Of a DNA stretch of 32,000 nucleotides, positions 13,289 to 23,176 are shown in pieces. The notes under the pieces were generated by a model. That model was not told the origin of the DNA. It was given only the letters and a program-made list of their open reading frames with translations, and did no database searches. How positions within the stretch are numbered: the stretch's first letter is position 1; every line of letters begins with the position of its first letter. The stretch lies in contig NC_002677.1 of the NCBI RefSeq assembly GCF_000195855.1, positions 1,620,001 through 1,652,000 of the forward strand. The letters run 5' to 3'. Source of the stretch: Mycobacterium leprae TN (lineage in GTDB: Bacteria > Actinomycetota > Actinomycetes > Mycobacteriales > Mycobacteriaceae). A program made the position numbers and the translations under genes.

Positions 13289-13313
13289 CATCCGGAAGTT
13301 AGTGCTCCGGATG
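13289..13313. terminator. Hairpin between convergent der and the REP13E12 pseudogene (weak terminator candidate)
   Basis: catccgga (13289..13296) and tccggatg (13306..13313) form an 8-bp stem with a 9-nt loop, 31 nt after the der stop. No clean T-tract follows, so the support is weak. Confidence 0.25.
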
Positions 13314-14655
13314 GTGAAAGTCGTTGTTATCATATACCATTGGTGATCATGGAGAAGAAATTCACTCGGTCATTCCTTGTCATTACTTCTGCGAATTTGC
13401 CTGTACTCTAACCTATTTCGTGTAACCCATGATATGGAAGACAACAGAATGTCAACTTGGCCATGTTAGTCAGTCCGCTGACGGCTCACTCGTCCATGTA
13501 GTGATCGTCTCAGATACACAACAGAGCGCTGCGCAACCCGGAAACGTGCAGCCGCGATCTTGTGCTTAGAGTATCACGAGCTGATCCGGTGAAATGATTT
13601 CGTCGTGAACGTCCGAGATGCACTGGGCGGCTTTGATGGTCGTCAAACACGACCAGGTAGTGATAGGCATGTCTGATCATCCGGATGACGTCGCGTGTGG
13701 GCAACAGCGTACCGTTGCCGGTTACCGCGTGGCCAGCAGTTGAGGTCAATTCTGTGAGGGTAGTTAGACACGGTCACGATCACCGGCAAATCGTTGTGTG
13801 TACCGAATTTCGGGTTGCCTAGCTGGCACAGGACTAGGATATTGAGTGCGTCGTACTGACGCTGGGCATGGCTGCGCAGCTCCTTTCTCGCGGTTTCCTT
13901 GGTGGGGTTCGCCGCCAAAGCAGGCGGTTTGATCGTCGGGGTTTCATATACCCGACGCGGCGAATCGGGCCAACTAGGCGTCGAGGTTGGCGCGCTAGTC
14001 CAAGGCTTGCGATCAGCCTGCCTATGTTCATCCTGTCGTGGTGCTGAGCTGACTATACGACGCTGTGCTGTCGGGCTTGGTTGCTGTTCGAGAACTTGTC
14101 GTCGGGATTGATCAACAGCGCGCATCGGTTGAGCGACTTTTCTAGTTGATCGGTGCGCAGCTTCGACACTTGCTCGGCAAGGAAACGCTTGGCCCGGTCG
14201 ACTAGTAGACTGGGACCACCTCGGGCAGGTTACGCATAAATGTCTAATTAACTGCAGGTGCTGTCCATACAACACGCTGGCTCGCCACGCCTGTGCCGTC
14301 GCCGGCAATTCCGGCGGCAAATTCTCGCCGGTCATAGTAAATTACGGAGTGAGTTACTCAGCGTCGTTTAGCCTGCGCCGGGCTTCGGCGTAGCTGATCC
14401 GTAAGCAGTTAGTGACCACTCTGTGGACAGTACCGTCCGACGGCGGTGAGATCATTTTTGTCCAGGCTTTGGACAATGTCGTGGCTGACTATCGTCTGTT
14501 GACATTGCCTCATCTCCAGATGCTCGAACACCCGCTAGCCGAAGTGCAGGTGCCAGGTTGTCCACGGTCAACTCGCGGATCGCCGTGACCGCTGCATCGA
14601 TTGCTTTGCAGGCGGCAGTCACCTCGGTCGGTGTGACCGTACAGATCGAACGCAT
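13300..14655 (-). pseudogene. REP13E12-family (DUF222 + HNH endonuclease) pseudogene
   Basis: Fragments across three minus-strand frames follow the order of the 13E12 family. They are MRSICTVTPTEVTAACKAIDAAVTAIRELT (N-terminus, from ATG 14655), [72 protein letters not shown], and a decayed HNH core DDHYMDE*AVSGLTNMAKLTFCCLPYH. There are multiple stops and frameshifts. The 3' part is AT-enriched. Confidence 0.65.
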
Positions 14656-15162
14656 ATACGAATAATCATCGAGACGGTGTGACGCGGCGCAGGCATTATC
14701 TGCAGGAAGCAAAAGCATTCACAGGCGGGTAATTTCTTAGTTGACAACCTGACGATTAGTTGTCAAGCGCGTCGGATATATGGCTGTCTTTCGACTTGTA
14801 GATCCGCTAAATCTTAGTTATATATTTTATATGTCTAATACTGCTCTACCATTGCGTGTCCCGAATGCTAAAGACCGTGTAGAGGGATTTGTGGAACAGC
14901 GCGACCTCGACGGCGCGGTTCAGTTTGTTTTGTAGGGAAGCTCGATATCGATCATGGGTGCCGTCGGTTGTTTTGGGCTACCAAGCTTAGGCTCTCTAGA
15001 CGTCGTTGACGACATCGCTTGTGGTCCATCTGGCTAGCGGACAAACAGTGATCTTGAGGCTCAATTGCCACCTATACAGCAGACCGTCGCGCGGCTGGCC
15101 GAGTCAGTCCAGCTGTGTAACGCCGTTGAATAGAGACGAAAAACGAAAGGAAGAAATAGACC

Positions 15163-15778
15163 ATGACTTTCACCTGGACTGTCAGTGGCAGCCGAAGCAA
15201 AATGCAGTTCTACGGCCTGGCGCACCCGTGGCGTCACGGTGTGCTGGTGTCGGTGTAATAAGCAAAGACGCCAAATTCGAGTGATTGCAGAACATAGTCA
15301 GGGGAATGGCCAGGGGACTAGTCTTGACCTAGAAAATCACTACGTCGCCGAGGATTCGGAGAAAGTCGCACCTGACATCTAGCCCGGCGACATCGTCATT
15401 TTCAACACCGGGAGACACCACATAAATACGTTGTATAGCGCCTTATGGTATATGGCTTTCATGCTATATCTATATCTATCGGGATTCTGGAAGGAAGCTG
15501 GTGAGTGTGGTTCGTAACCAAGGACGTCAAAGCGCTCGGTACTGACACCACGGTGTTGTATCACCCGATGGCTTACTTCGCTCGACCCACACTGTCTCGG
15601 CGAACACTTGGATGGTTTGTTTCCTTGGCCGGTGCACGAATACGAGGAAGAGGTCGGCCATAAGATGCTCGATGACTTCTCGGAGTGGGAGCTGGGCCAC
15701 CGGGCGGTTTTGTCGAAGGCCATCTACGGCTTCGAGAACTTTGGTTGCGAGCTGGAAAAGGTCAGCGTCCGCGCGTAA
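15163..15778 (+). pseudogene. Putative cyclase-family (kynurenine-formamidase-like, Rv1716-like) pseudogene
   Basis: ATG 15163 lies after gaaaggaag. Fragments in shifting frames are ...EDSEKVAPDI*PGDIVIFNTGRHHINTLY, WFVTKDVKALGTDTTVL, FPWPVHEY and IYGFENFGCELEKVSVRA*, stopping at 15776..15778. These match the cyclase pattern (i.pGDivl.rTGw ... wL...gvk.vG.D..s.d ... P.H..ll ... i.E.l.nL). Several stops and frameshifts are present. Confidence 0.5.
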
Positions 15779-16170
15779 CCTTCGTGGTGTTCCCATGGTG
15801 CTGGGTTGGCGGTGACGGATTCATCGTGCGGCTAGCAAGGCCGCGGGGCCGGCCCACGTCGGTGTGAGCGTTGCCAAGACCGTTGTATCCGCCGGACCCA
15901 TTGCGGCCGATGGCTAGTCTAGACAGTCCCAGGCTTCCGATCTCCTCGGAGGAGATCGTGAAGGCAGCGGCGGAGGCCTATCATGAAGGCGCTCCGCAGG
16001 TGCAGATCTATTTAACCGGAAGAATGGCTACCACGTCGATCATGTGCTCACGATGGTGCGCCAGCTTTTTCCCTGACACGAGCTGGCAAGTTAGCGCGGG
16101 ACACGCGCCGCTGGCGTCGCATACGATCTGTTTTTGCGGAAGTCCTGCTGGGTCCGCTGGGAGATCTTCA

Positions 16171-16924
16171 ATGAGTGTCAACGTCGAAGAACATGACACG
16201 GGCGGTATCCATGTGGATTACCCGCCCGGCCGAGACATTATTTATGGCTGCTAAAGGCTCATTTCAAAAGCCTCAACCAGGCTGTGATCGGCGGAACGGC
16301 TGGGCATGGCGCTTTCCACCGTGAGCCGGATTCTCAACGCCCTGCACGACGAAGGGTTGATGGTCCCAGGTACGGTCCGAGGGTGGTTTCGGCTTGGCTC
16401 GGAGATTGCGCGCAGAGTTCGCACGGTGCGACCGGTCCTGGTTATGGATCTGCATCCGTTTCTTGAGGAGCTGTGTTGCGAGCTGCAAGAAACGGTGGAC
16501 CTGTCAATGCTCGACGGAGATCGTGCCAACTTCTTTGATCAGGTCATTGGGCCGCACCGTCTTCAGGCCAGCAGTGCGGTAGAAGAATCGTTCTCGCTGT
16601 ACTGCTGCGCTAATGGCAAAGCGATTCTAGCCAGCCTGCCGCCTGTCCGACGGATTTAAGTGCTGCCCAGTCTACTCATTCGGCTCACCGCGAGCACCAG
16701 CACGACCTGGGCGGCGTTGCACAAGGAGCTCGACCGCATTCGAGTCTAAGTTCGTCGCCTATGGCCGCGAAGAACAAAGCGAAGACATCTGCGCAGTGGA
16801 CGTGGCGCCGCAAAGGGCAACTGAGCAAATGGTGGCAGTCAGCGTGCCGGTTCTGACGCGACGGTTCTACGGATGAGAATCCGAACTTGCTCAGGCTCTG
16901 CTAGCGTGGATTGAAATAAAGTGA
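16171..16924 (+). pseudogene. IclR-family transcriptional regulator pseudogene (Rv1719-like)
   Basis: The frame from ATG 16171 gives the HTH region ...GRDIIYGC*RLISKASTRL*SAERLGMALSTVSRILNALHDEGL, with in-frame stops at 16252..16254 and 16285..16287. Then come the effector-domain motifs ETVDLSMLDGDRANFFDQV and LYCCANGKAILASLPP, TAA at 16657..16659, LIRLTASTSTTWAALHKELDRIRV*, and a frameshift into FVAYGREEQSEDICAVDVAP...AVSVPV. Confidence 0.65.
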
Positions 16925-17091
16925 ACTGCTGGTTCGAGTATATGTGAGATGTTTCTAAAAGTATTGCACAGCAGTCTGATTTACTGTTGGCATTTTAGCC
17001 GTAGATTGGAACCATGGACTCTGGCGTTTCTGTGCTGGTGGGGGAGTTAACCGGGGCATTGCTCGGAGTTGGTGAGTACATCTGAATTACG

Positions 17092-18200
17092 ATGCGGTTT
17101 CATGGCGTAAACCTTGATCGGTGGTGGGTTGAGTTCTCGGCGATGATCGATCGGATCGCACTATGTTTCGCTCGTGATCAGCCGTTGCGACATGCCGGCG
17201 GACTCATGCTGGGTATGGTTATCTGTGCTGGACCGGAATTGCTGGACGATTGCCGAGCACCGAGGCGATGCCACCCTAGACGGGTTGCAGCACCTAACTG
17301 TTACGGGTGAAGTGGGACACTGAAGTGGCCCGCTATGATTTGCGCTACTCCGTTGTTGACGCCTTCAGCGATTCTGGTCGTTGACGAAACCGGGAACGTG
17401 AAAAGGGCATTCATTCGATCGGGGTGCAACATCAGTACACCGGCCCTTCTGGGTGCATCGAGAACGAGCAAGTCGTGGTCTATCCGATCTATGCCGCTTC
17501 GCGTGGACATGCCCTAATCGATCCTATCCTGACGATCATGGACCGAAGATCCCAGTCGCTGAGACAATGCCGCGATCCCCACCAACAAAAAGAGTTTCGT
17601 GACCAGACCTACTTCTGGCAGCAGCTTTGGTTGCTCGCGCTGTGCAGGCCAAGGTGCCCGTAGCTTGGGTGGCCGGCGACGAAGTCTATGGAGTCGACCC
17701 AAGCTGCGGGCTGCCATCCGCGGTCACGGTCTGGGCTAAAGTACTGGCCGTGGCAGCCAATCGGCGCGCGCCAACTGCAGCAGTTCCGATTTGCGTGGAT
17801 TGACTCCCATCCCGGCTGCCCATCTGGGTTTGGCAGAAACACTCCGCCGGCACCGGCCAGTCACGGACATCGACTACTACTGCTGCTCAGACTAGAGCAG
17901 GCTTCAGCCTGAAGACGACACCGAGGGCCGTCATTTGCAGATACGCCACAACCATGCCACCGGCGAATTGTCCTAACTGAACTACTACATTGTACACCCC
18001 GCTCCGTTGAGTACAGCTGTACGCTGTAGCCAGTCAACGTTGGCGTATAGAGGAATCCTTTCAAGCCGCCAAATGACTCAGTTTGGTATTGACCAACACC
18101 AGTGACCACGATCTACGTATGCAGAACTAGGGATATTTGGTTATACAACATTGATCTGGTTAGTCTTGATGGTCAAGCTGTGCAGGGCCATCGGGTTGGT
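17092..18200 (+). mobile_element. IS701-like (DDE) transposase pseudogene, heavily decayed
   Basis: Across shifting + frames I read RWWVEFSAMIDRIALCFARDQPLRHAGGLMLGMV, NCWTIAEHRGDATLDGLQHL, AILVVDETGNVKRAFIRSG / GVQHQYTGPSGCIENEQVVVYPIYAASRGHALID, AWVAGDEVYGVDPSCGLPSAVTVWAKVLAVAANR and YRGILSSRQMTQFGIDQHQ. This follows the IS701-family transposase pattern (F.R.e.r..a..Yl.GLl, RkN.W.lAE, vlvvDeTGf.KkG..S.GV.rQYsGTaGri.NcQvgVf, WvtgDevYG, FQ..K...GLDq.qvR). Many stops are present. I did not find terminal inverted repeats. Confidence 0.65.
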
Positions 18201-18309
18201 CCAAACTGGGGAGGCTGGTGTTCAGCGGAGACACGACCGGTGGGTATCTACTGTATATGTCCATCGTTGTTGTGGATCCGTGAGCTGTAGGTGGTAGTCG
18301 GGCTTGGGA

Positions 18310-18346
18310 TTGATCGGCGGTAGGCTGACAGCCTACCGCCGATCAA
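18310..18346. repeat. Perfect 17-bp inverted repeat (hairpin, 3-nt loop) 19 nt upstream of tRNA-Pro
   Basis: ttgatcggcggtaggct (18310..18326), loop gac, agcctaccgccgatcaa (18330..18346). Read directly from the sequence. No T-tract on either strand. Confidence 0.9.
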
Positions 18347-18365
18347 CCGGCGACACTTAGCACGA

Positions 18366-18439
18366 CGGGCTGTGGCGCAGTTTGGTAGCGCACTTGACTG
18401 GGGGTCAAGTGGTCGCAGGTTCAAATCCTGTCAGCCCGA
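18366..18439 (+). tRNA. proT: tRNA-Pro (anticodon GGG)
   Basis: Manual cloverleaf. Acceptor cgggctg/cagcccg (7 bp, perfect), U8, D-stem gcgc/gcgc, anticodon stem cttga/tcaag, loop c-t-GGG-g-g (U33, G37), 5-nt variable loop, T-stem gcagg/cctgt with loop ttcaaat, discriminator A. 74 nt. CCA is not encoded. Confidence 0.9.
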
Positions 18440-18962
18440 CCGAAAGAAATAGGTGTTGAGCTGCTGTTCCTCTCTCGTCAGTTCACGAATGCCCTGTTCC
18501 GCTGATATCGATTTAGGGCCATGGCTCTGCGCAATCAGGGTACTAATAGTCAAGTGAGCCTTGCCGAGGATAGGGACCGTCGAGGCCTCTGTGTTTTCAG
18601 AAAGGCCTTTGGTGCGGCCAGAAATTGGTATCGAGCAATGATACAGTTTCAGCGATCTCAACCTGACTCCTTGATAAACGAGAAAGCGGAGAATGTCCTT
18701 TACCAAGGCGTTGTTGGTGACTCCATGCTCGCCGAAATTCCCGGTACCGAATTTCATGGTTTAGTTCAGAGGAACAATTATGAGGCGTTCCAGAAGTGAA
18801 TGGCACATGATTTCTGGCCGCAGTGAATGCATAATTGCCACCAGCATCGATGTCGAACATCTGGATGGGCAGCACCATAAAGCGTTGCTCGGAGAATACG
18901 AACTGTGGTCGATCTGGAGACGTCTCGATACCAGCCCATGGTATCAACGAATTCGTCCACAT
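18431..18962 (-). pseudogene. Possible tyrosine-recombinase (phage-type integrase) C-terminal remnant abutting the tRNA-Pro 3' end
   Basis: Two minus-strand frames resemble the integrase catalytic domain. The first is FSEQRFMVLPIQMFDIDAGGNYAFTAARNHVPF (compare TG.R.sE.l.L.w.DiD...g.i.i....K...r.vPl). The second is KDILRFLVYQGVRLRSLKLYHCSIPIS (compare HdLRHt.as.l...Gv.l..i...LGHssi..T). The second ORF ends (..NTYFFRSG*) at 18431..18433, inside the tRNA acceptor/T arm. Catalytic residues are mutated and the N-terminal half is missing. Confidence 0.4.
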
Positions 18963-19023
18963 CCTTTGCAGTAACTAGAATATCTAAAATAGTAAGAAAT
19001 GCTGGTGACCGAGCAAGTTGGCG

Positions 19024-19760
19024 ATGTCAGGCATATTCAGCGGTGTTCGGATTGTCGGACTGGGGCGCTGAGGTGATCAAAGTTGAAGGTGTTGGCTCCG
19101 GTGCTACCGGCATGGCGTTGGTTGTTGGCGTGTTTACCTGTGAGACGGCTCGAGTTGACGCCGACTTCATCCTGGAAGTTAGGCAACCGTGGACAACGCA
19201 TTATCGCAATCGACATTAAATCCGAAATGGGTCCGGATTTGTTGGGTTGGTTGTTGGCCATTGCTGAGATGTGTTCCTGACGTATTGGCTGCCCAGCGCG
19301 CTTGAGTTGGTTCGGCTAAGCGTTTAGGACATCCGTGTGTTTATTGGCTTTGTTGGGTCTTTTCGGGAGGAATGAACGTCGTTGAGGATAAGCCCGATTA
19401 GGCTTCCGCAACGGTGCCGACCATTCTGTGATGCCCGGAACGTCCATGAAATATCCGATTGTCGGGAGGCATTTCGATCGTGACAATCACAGGATGCGCA
19501 ATCAGAGCTTGTCTGACGGCATCCTACATTCTTTCCCCGCTGCGCGTGGATGATGCAGTGTCACATATGGCGGGGAGGACAAGCAGCTGGTCCGCTGATA
19601 CTCGGTCGAGCCCAGGACTCACCAAGGTGGCGAAGCTTACCTGTGCCACTGTCAGCATCAGTAAGCAACCAGCGGTCCGCTGCGGGCCTTCGCTATCCGC
19701 GCCGTAGGCGCCGAGGAGGTACTGGCTGAGACCGTCGATCTGCGATTAGGCAGGATGAGG
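19024..19760 (+). pseudogene. CoA-transferase family III (CaiB/BaiF) pseudogene
   Basis: ATG 19024 opens MSGIFSGVRIVGLG. Then come SAVFGLSDWGAEVIKVEGVGSG and, after a frameshift, LGNRGQRIIAIDIKSEMGPDLLGWLLAIAEMCS*RIGCPARLSWFG. These match L.GirV.dls...aGP.....LadlGAeViKvE.p..GD and NrgKrsi.lDlk...G...l..L...aDv...n.rpg....lGl. The 3' boundary is uncertain. Confidence 0.6.
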
Positions 19761-19799
19761 GATTGGCAGCTGGGCAGTTCAGCGTCGCCTACGAGCTTT

Positions 19800-20430
19800 G
19801 CCGCCAGTCCTGGTGTGGACGTGGGTTGGCGATCCGCGCTGTCGACCTGGCGTGGTCAGTACGCGGCAGAGCACGGTGGCGAGTACACGAGTACAGCAGT
19901 GGTGAAAGGTGGAGCCGGAGAACGCGGCATCCATCCGGGTCGCGCTACGGACCGACTTCACCCACGCCGGTCGACTCCGAGAATAGGACGGCACAGCCTT
20001 CGACCGCTAAGAGCGAGACCTCAGTCAAGGGGCGGGTTAGGCAGGATAACCTAAAAGGACGAGCTTGGGATCACACAAGACAGTATAAGACGCGCTGCAG
20101 GTGTTCCCTTGTAGGTGGATCGCTTAGGTTTATGGTGCCGATGATAGCCGGCTTTGCGATGACAAGGTAGCGTCTTCGCCTGTTACGTTCGATCCCATTA
20201 CACGGGGCGCGGTCTAGGACGGCCGTTGATGCGGCGCGGAAGCGTTCCTCTTCGAACGGCACGGTGACGATTTGTTTGACCACCGACACATCAGCCGCGC
20301 TCTCGGAATCATCGTTCGCAAGCTGGCCCGGACAGCGTTGAGCAGTCTGCTGGACGGCAGCAGTCGGCTTTGAAAAGCGCTGCGCGACAAAGATCATTGG
20401 CAAGATGCACGATGACGAGGTGGACATCAA
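19800..20430 (-). pseudogene. Possible GNAT (RimJ/RimL-like) N-acetyltransferase pseudogene
   Basis: ORF 20071..20430(-) contains RYLVIAKPAIIGTINLSDPPTREHLQRVLYCLV (compare f.i....g..iG.i.l......g...a.lGYwv). Downstream shifted frames show ...VGEVGP*RDPDGCRVLRLHLSP (compare rv.ekvGF..EG...ryLhi). The resemblance is weak and the 3' end may overlap the CoA-transferase remnant. Confidence 0.3.
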
Positions 20431-21330
20431 CGAACACCTGGTGCGATGGCTGCTGAGTATCTGGTTCCCTCATTGAGCCGACCTGCCCCTTATTACTCCG
20501 GTCCGCTTCGCATAGACTGACAACGCCATGTACCGGCTCGGCGGACAACCTTGCTGCCCGGATTCCCGGGATCCACCGGGCTGTCGAGAGCCTGTGGACC
20601 GAACAGCACTGGTTGCCGCGGATCGCCCCGCACTTCCCGGTGCCCAGCCCCATCCCGGCGGGCCTGGGCACCCCGGCGGAGCGCTTCGGATAGCCCTAGC
20701 CAGCTGGCCGCTGGGTCGAAGGAGAGAACCCAGCGGCCAGCTGAACCTAATGGACTCCACCGGGATCGTCCAGAATCTCATCGCCTTCAATCACTGCCCG
20801 GCCCGCCATCGATCTCACCGTCGGGTCGCCCGCGCATCGGTGCGGGCCTCTGGCGATGCGAGACGAGGGGGTCCCCGCCGCACTGCCGGCCCTGGATGGG
20901 CTCATCAATGTCCGGGCGGCCACCTCTGCCTGGGAGGAGGTGCTACGGGTACCGGTGTACGCGGGCCGGCGATATGTTTCCACGGTAACCTATCCTCTTG
21001 ACGGTCCGGGGGTGACTGACTGGCGTTATCGACTTCGATCTCATGGGCTTGGGAGACCCCAGCATCGATCTGAGTCTCGCATGGAGTTTTGCTACCTCCA
21101 CTTGTGCGAAAGTAGTTTCGCACCTTGCTGGGGTCGATTACGACGCTTGGGTACGCGGTAGCGGCTGGGCACTGTCGAGTGCGCTCATCGCACTCCCGTG
21201 CTACAAGGACACCAACCTACGGCTAGCGGACAGCGCTCGCCAAGTCATCCGTGAAATCCTCGCCGACCGGCTAGCACGACAACAAGCCAGGACCACCCAG
21301 TATGCTGACGTCAGCAGCTCTGGTAATTGA
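20405..21330 (+). pseudogene. Aminoglycoside-phosphotransferase-family (APH-like kinase) pseudogene
   Basis: ATG 20405 opens MHDDEVDINEHLVRWLLSIWFPH*. Shifted frames give DNAMYRLGDNLAARIPG..., EQHWLPRIAPHFPVPSPIPAGLGTPAERFG, WVEGENPAAS, INVRAATSAWEEVLRVPVYAG, and the intact tail ORF 21043..21330 (GLGDPSIDLSLAWSFATS...WVRGSGWALSSALIALPCYKDTNLRLADSARQVIREILAD). This is the canonical APH fold order, with at least 4 frame disruptions. Confidence 0.65.
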
Positions 21331-21720
21331 CGTAGTCTGGCCAGACCTCGACAGCGCGCTGCCACCAGGTGGCCTTCTCTTCGCCAAATACCTCACGCGC
21401 GTAGGCGAAAAGTCGATCCGGGTGGGTCCAAATTTGTGTTATCGGCCGCTGCAACGGAAAAATCTCGATGCCAGTGGGTGGTTCGACAGCCTAATGACAT
21501 TCACCCTTCCCGAGACACTCTGGCTTGTGGTGCGCGGTTTCTCGAATCTGTTGTTCGCTTACCCGACGCTCGATCGAGCGACACTGCGCGAGTGCGATGG
21601 GATCACCGCCAACGACTCGCACTGGGCGCCGATCGCATGCTCGAAGTGCTCGCCACTGCACACACCGGAACGCGTGCGCGCTGGCGGCGGAGACCGCGCG
21701 ACGGCCGATGCTCACGCTGG
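21260..21720 (-). pseudogene. F420H2-dependent nitroreductase/quinone reductase (Ddn-like, PNPOx fold) pseudogene
   Basis: The minus strand reads [97 protein letters not shown]. This fits G.P.lLL...GrkSG..r..Pl......P.Wy.NL.A.P.v.v......f.a.Ar...geE....W......P.Y..YQ. There are in-frame stops. The gene is convergent with, and slightly overlaps, the APH remnant. Confidence 0.4.
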
Positions 21721-21994
21721 TGGTGAATGAGGTCTATTTCCGCCACACAAAGGCCAGCGAATTGTGGGAGTGGTTCGATTGTCTGCATCTGATTCGGGGC
21801 ACGCAGACCGGTGACACTGTGCCGACGTATCGTGTTGAGGGCCGCACATTATTTCTGATGCGGAATGTGTTTTCTCTTATACAAATTTCCCGCCGATATA
21901 ATATAGATATATGTAGTGGAGCAAGTTCTCATCCGGATGCCTATCGGACAGATACGGCGCGGTCCAGCAGTATAATCTAGGGCGTGCAAGAGGA

Positions 21995-22985
21995 GTGGCC
22001 ACGACCGCAAACACCGCATTGCCAACAGAGCTGGACACGATGCGCGAAGTTGCGGAGGCGTTCGTGCCGATCGAGCGCGCCGCTGGTCAGCCGCAGCCTG
22101 TCAGGTGGGTCGTCAAGCACTTAAGTGTGGCGAGCGCACACAATGCGCACGTAGAGGAAGCACCATTCTACGATGGCTACCCTCGACTGCACGCAAAACT
22201 GACAGCGTTCGGGGTGGCGGTCAGCGTAGCGGGCTTGCTGAGTTGACGTTTCAGGCCAGGCGTCCTTGGTGGGCCTGGGTGCCGGACTGGCGATCGCCGA
22301 TGACTGTTCTAACGGGGACGAGGGTGGTACGCAGGACACTGCAGAAGCCTCGGACAACGTGGAACGTGGTGGCCGAGGTTGGCGATCTCAACGGTACACG
22401 GACGATTGTGGTGTGTGCTCATCACGACGCGGCGCATAACGGCAAGTTTTTTGTGGCCGACTTTCAATAGGTAATAATCGATCGCTTCCCCGGGATTGTT
22501 GAGCGCATCGACACTTTGCTGACCAACCGGCGGCCTGCTGTCTTCGGCGCGCTGCGGGGCAGTCGTAAAATGATAGTCACCGACGCCATAATGGGCGCAA
22601 TCACAATTGCACTGTTAGTCAACATCGTTAGCAGCCCAATTGTCTCGGGCGCTAACGGATAACTGCTCTGCCATTGTTCTGCTAGTCGCGTTGGCCGAAC
22701 TGCTGCGCGATCGGCCAGCATGCGGTGGGCGAGTACTGCTAGTTTAACCGAGTACTGCTAGTTTAACTGGGCGCAGAGGAACAGTTGCAAGGCGGCATGT
22801 GCGGCTTCATGGCTCGTCACAAATCCGAGTTTGAATGCGACCAAACGTACTTTCTGAATTTCGGCACGATCGGCGTGCTGGGAGCTGATCATGCTCGAGG
22901 GCACCACAACTTGGAAGACTACTACCCCCGACGGTTCCATGATCCGGTGGTACGGGCCAACATGCTGCTACACAGAAGCATATGA
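21995..22985 (+). pseudogene. M28-family metallopeptidase (membrane aminopeptidase-like) pseudogene
   Basis: GTG 21995 opens ...IERAAGQPQPVRWVVKHL...VEEAPFYDGY. Later frames give TWNVVAEVGDLNGTRTIVVCAHHDAAHNGKFF, FPGIVERIDT, NCSAIVLLVALAELLRDRPACGGRVLLV and LQGGMCGFMARHKSEFECDQTYFLNFGTIG. There are several stops, frameshifts and a 19-bp tandem duplication. Confidence 0.6.
22729..22766. repeat. Perfect 19-bp tandem duplication (2 units) inside the M28 peptidase pseudogene
   Basis: cgagtactgctagtttaac occurs at 22729..22747 and again at 22748..22766, read directly. The unit length is not a multiple of 3, and each unit carries TAG and TAA. Confidence 0.9.
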
Positions 22986-23176
22986 GCGTGCAACGGCAAA
23001 GACACCGTGCTTATGAGTTGTACAGGTTATTCAACCCCGCGTGCTTCTTATCCATCTATCGCTATAATAATACCCTATTAAGGTATTCTCGAATTATCGC
23101 CAGATCTCCAATACATCTGATAGCCTGGTCTACGAGACCGTGATGTACGTGTTCACTCTTGTTGAAGCGGTGATGT

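Noticed and set aside
15871-16254. 127-aa ORF as a stand-alone gene.
   Set aside because: Its last 28 codons (from ATG 16171) are the start of the IclR-family pseudogene, which continues past in-frame stops. The remainder shows only a vague cupin-like resemblance (Rv1717-like?) that I could not support.
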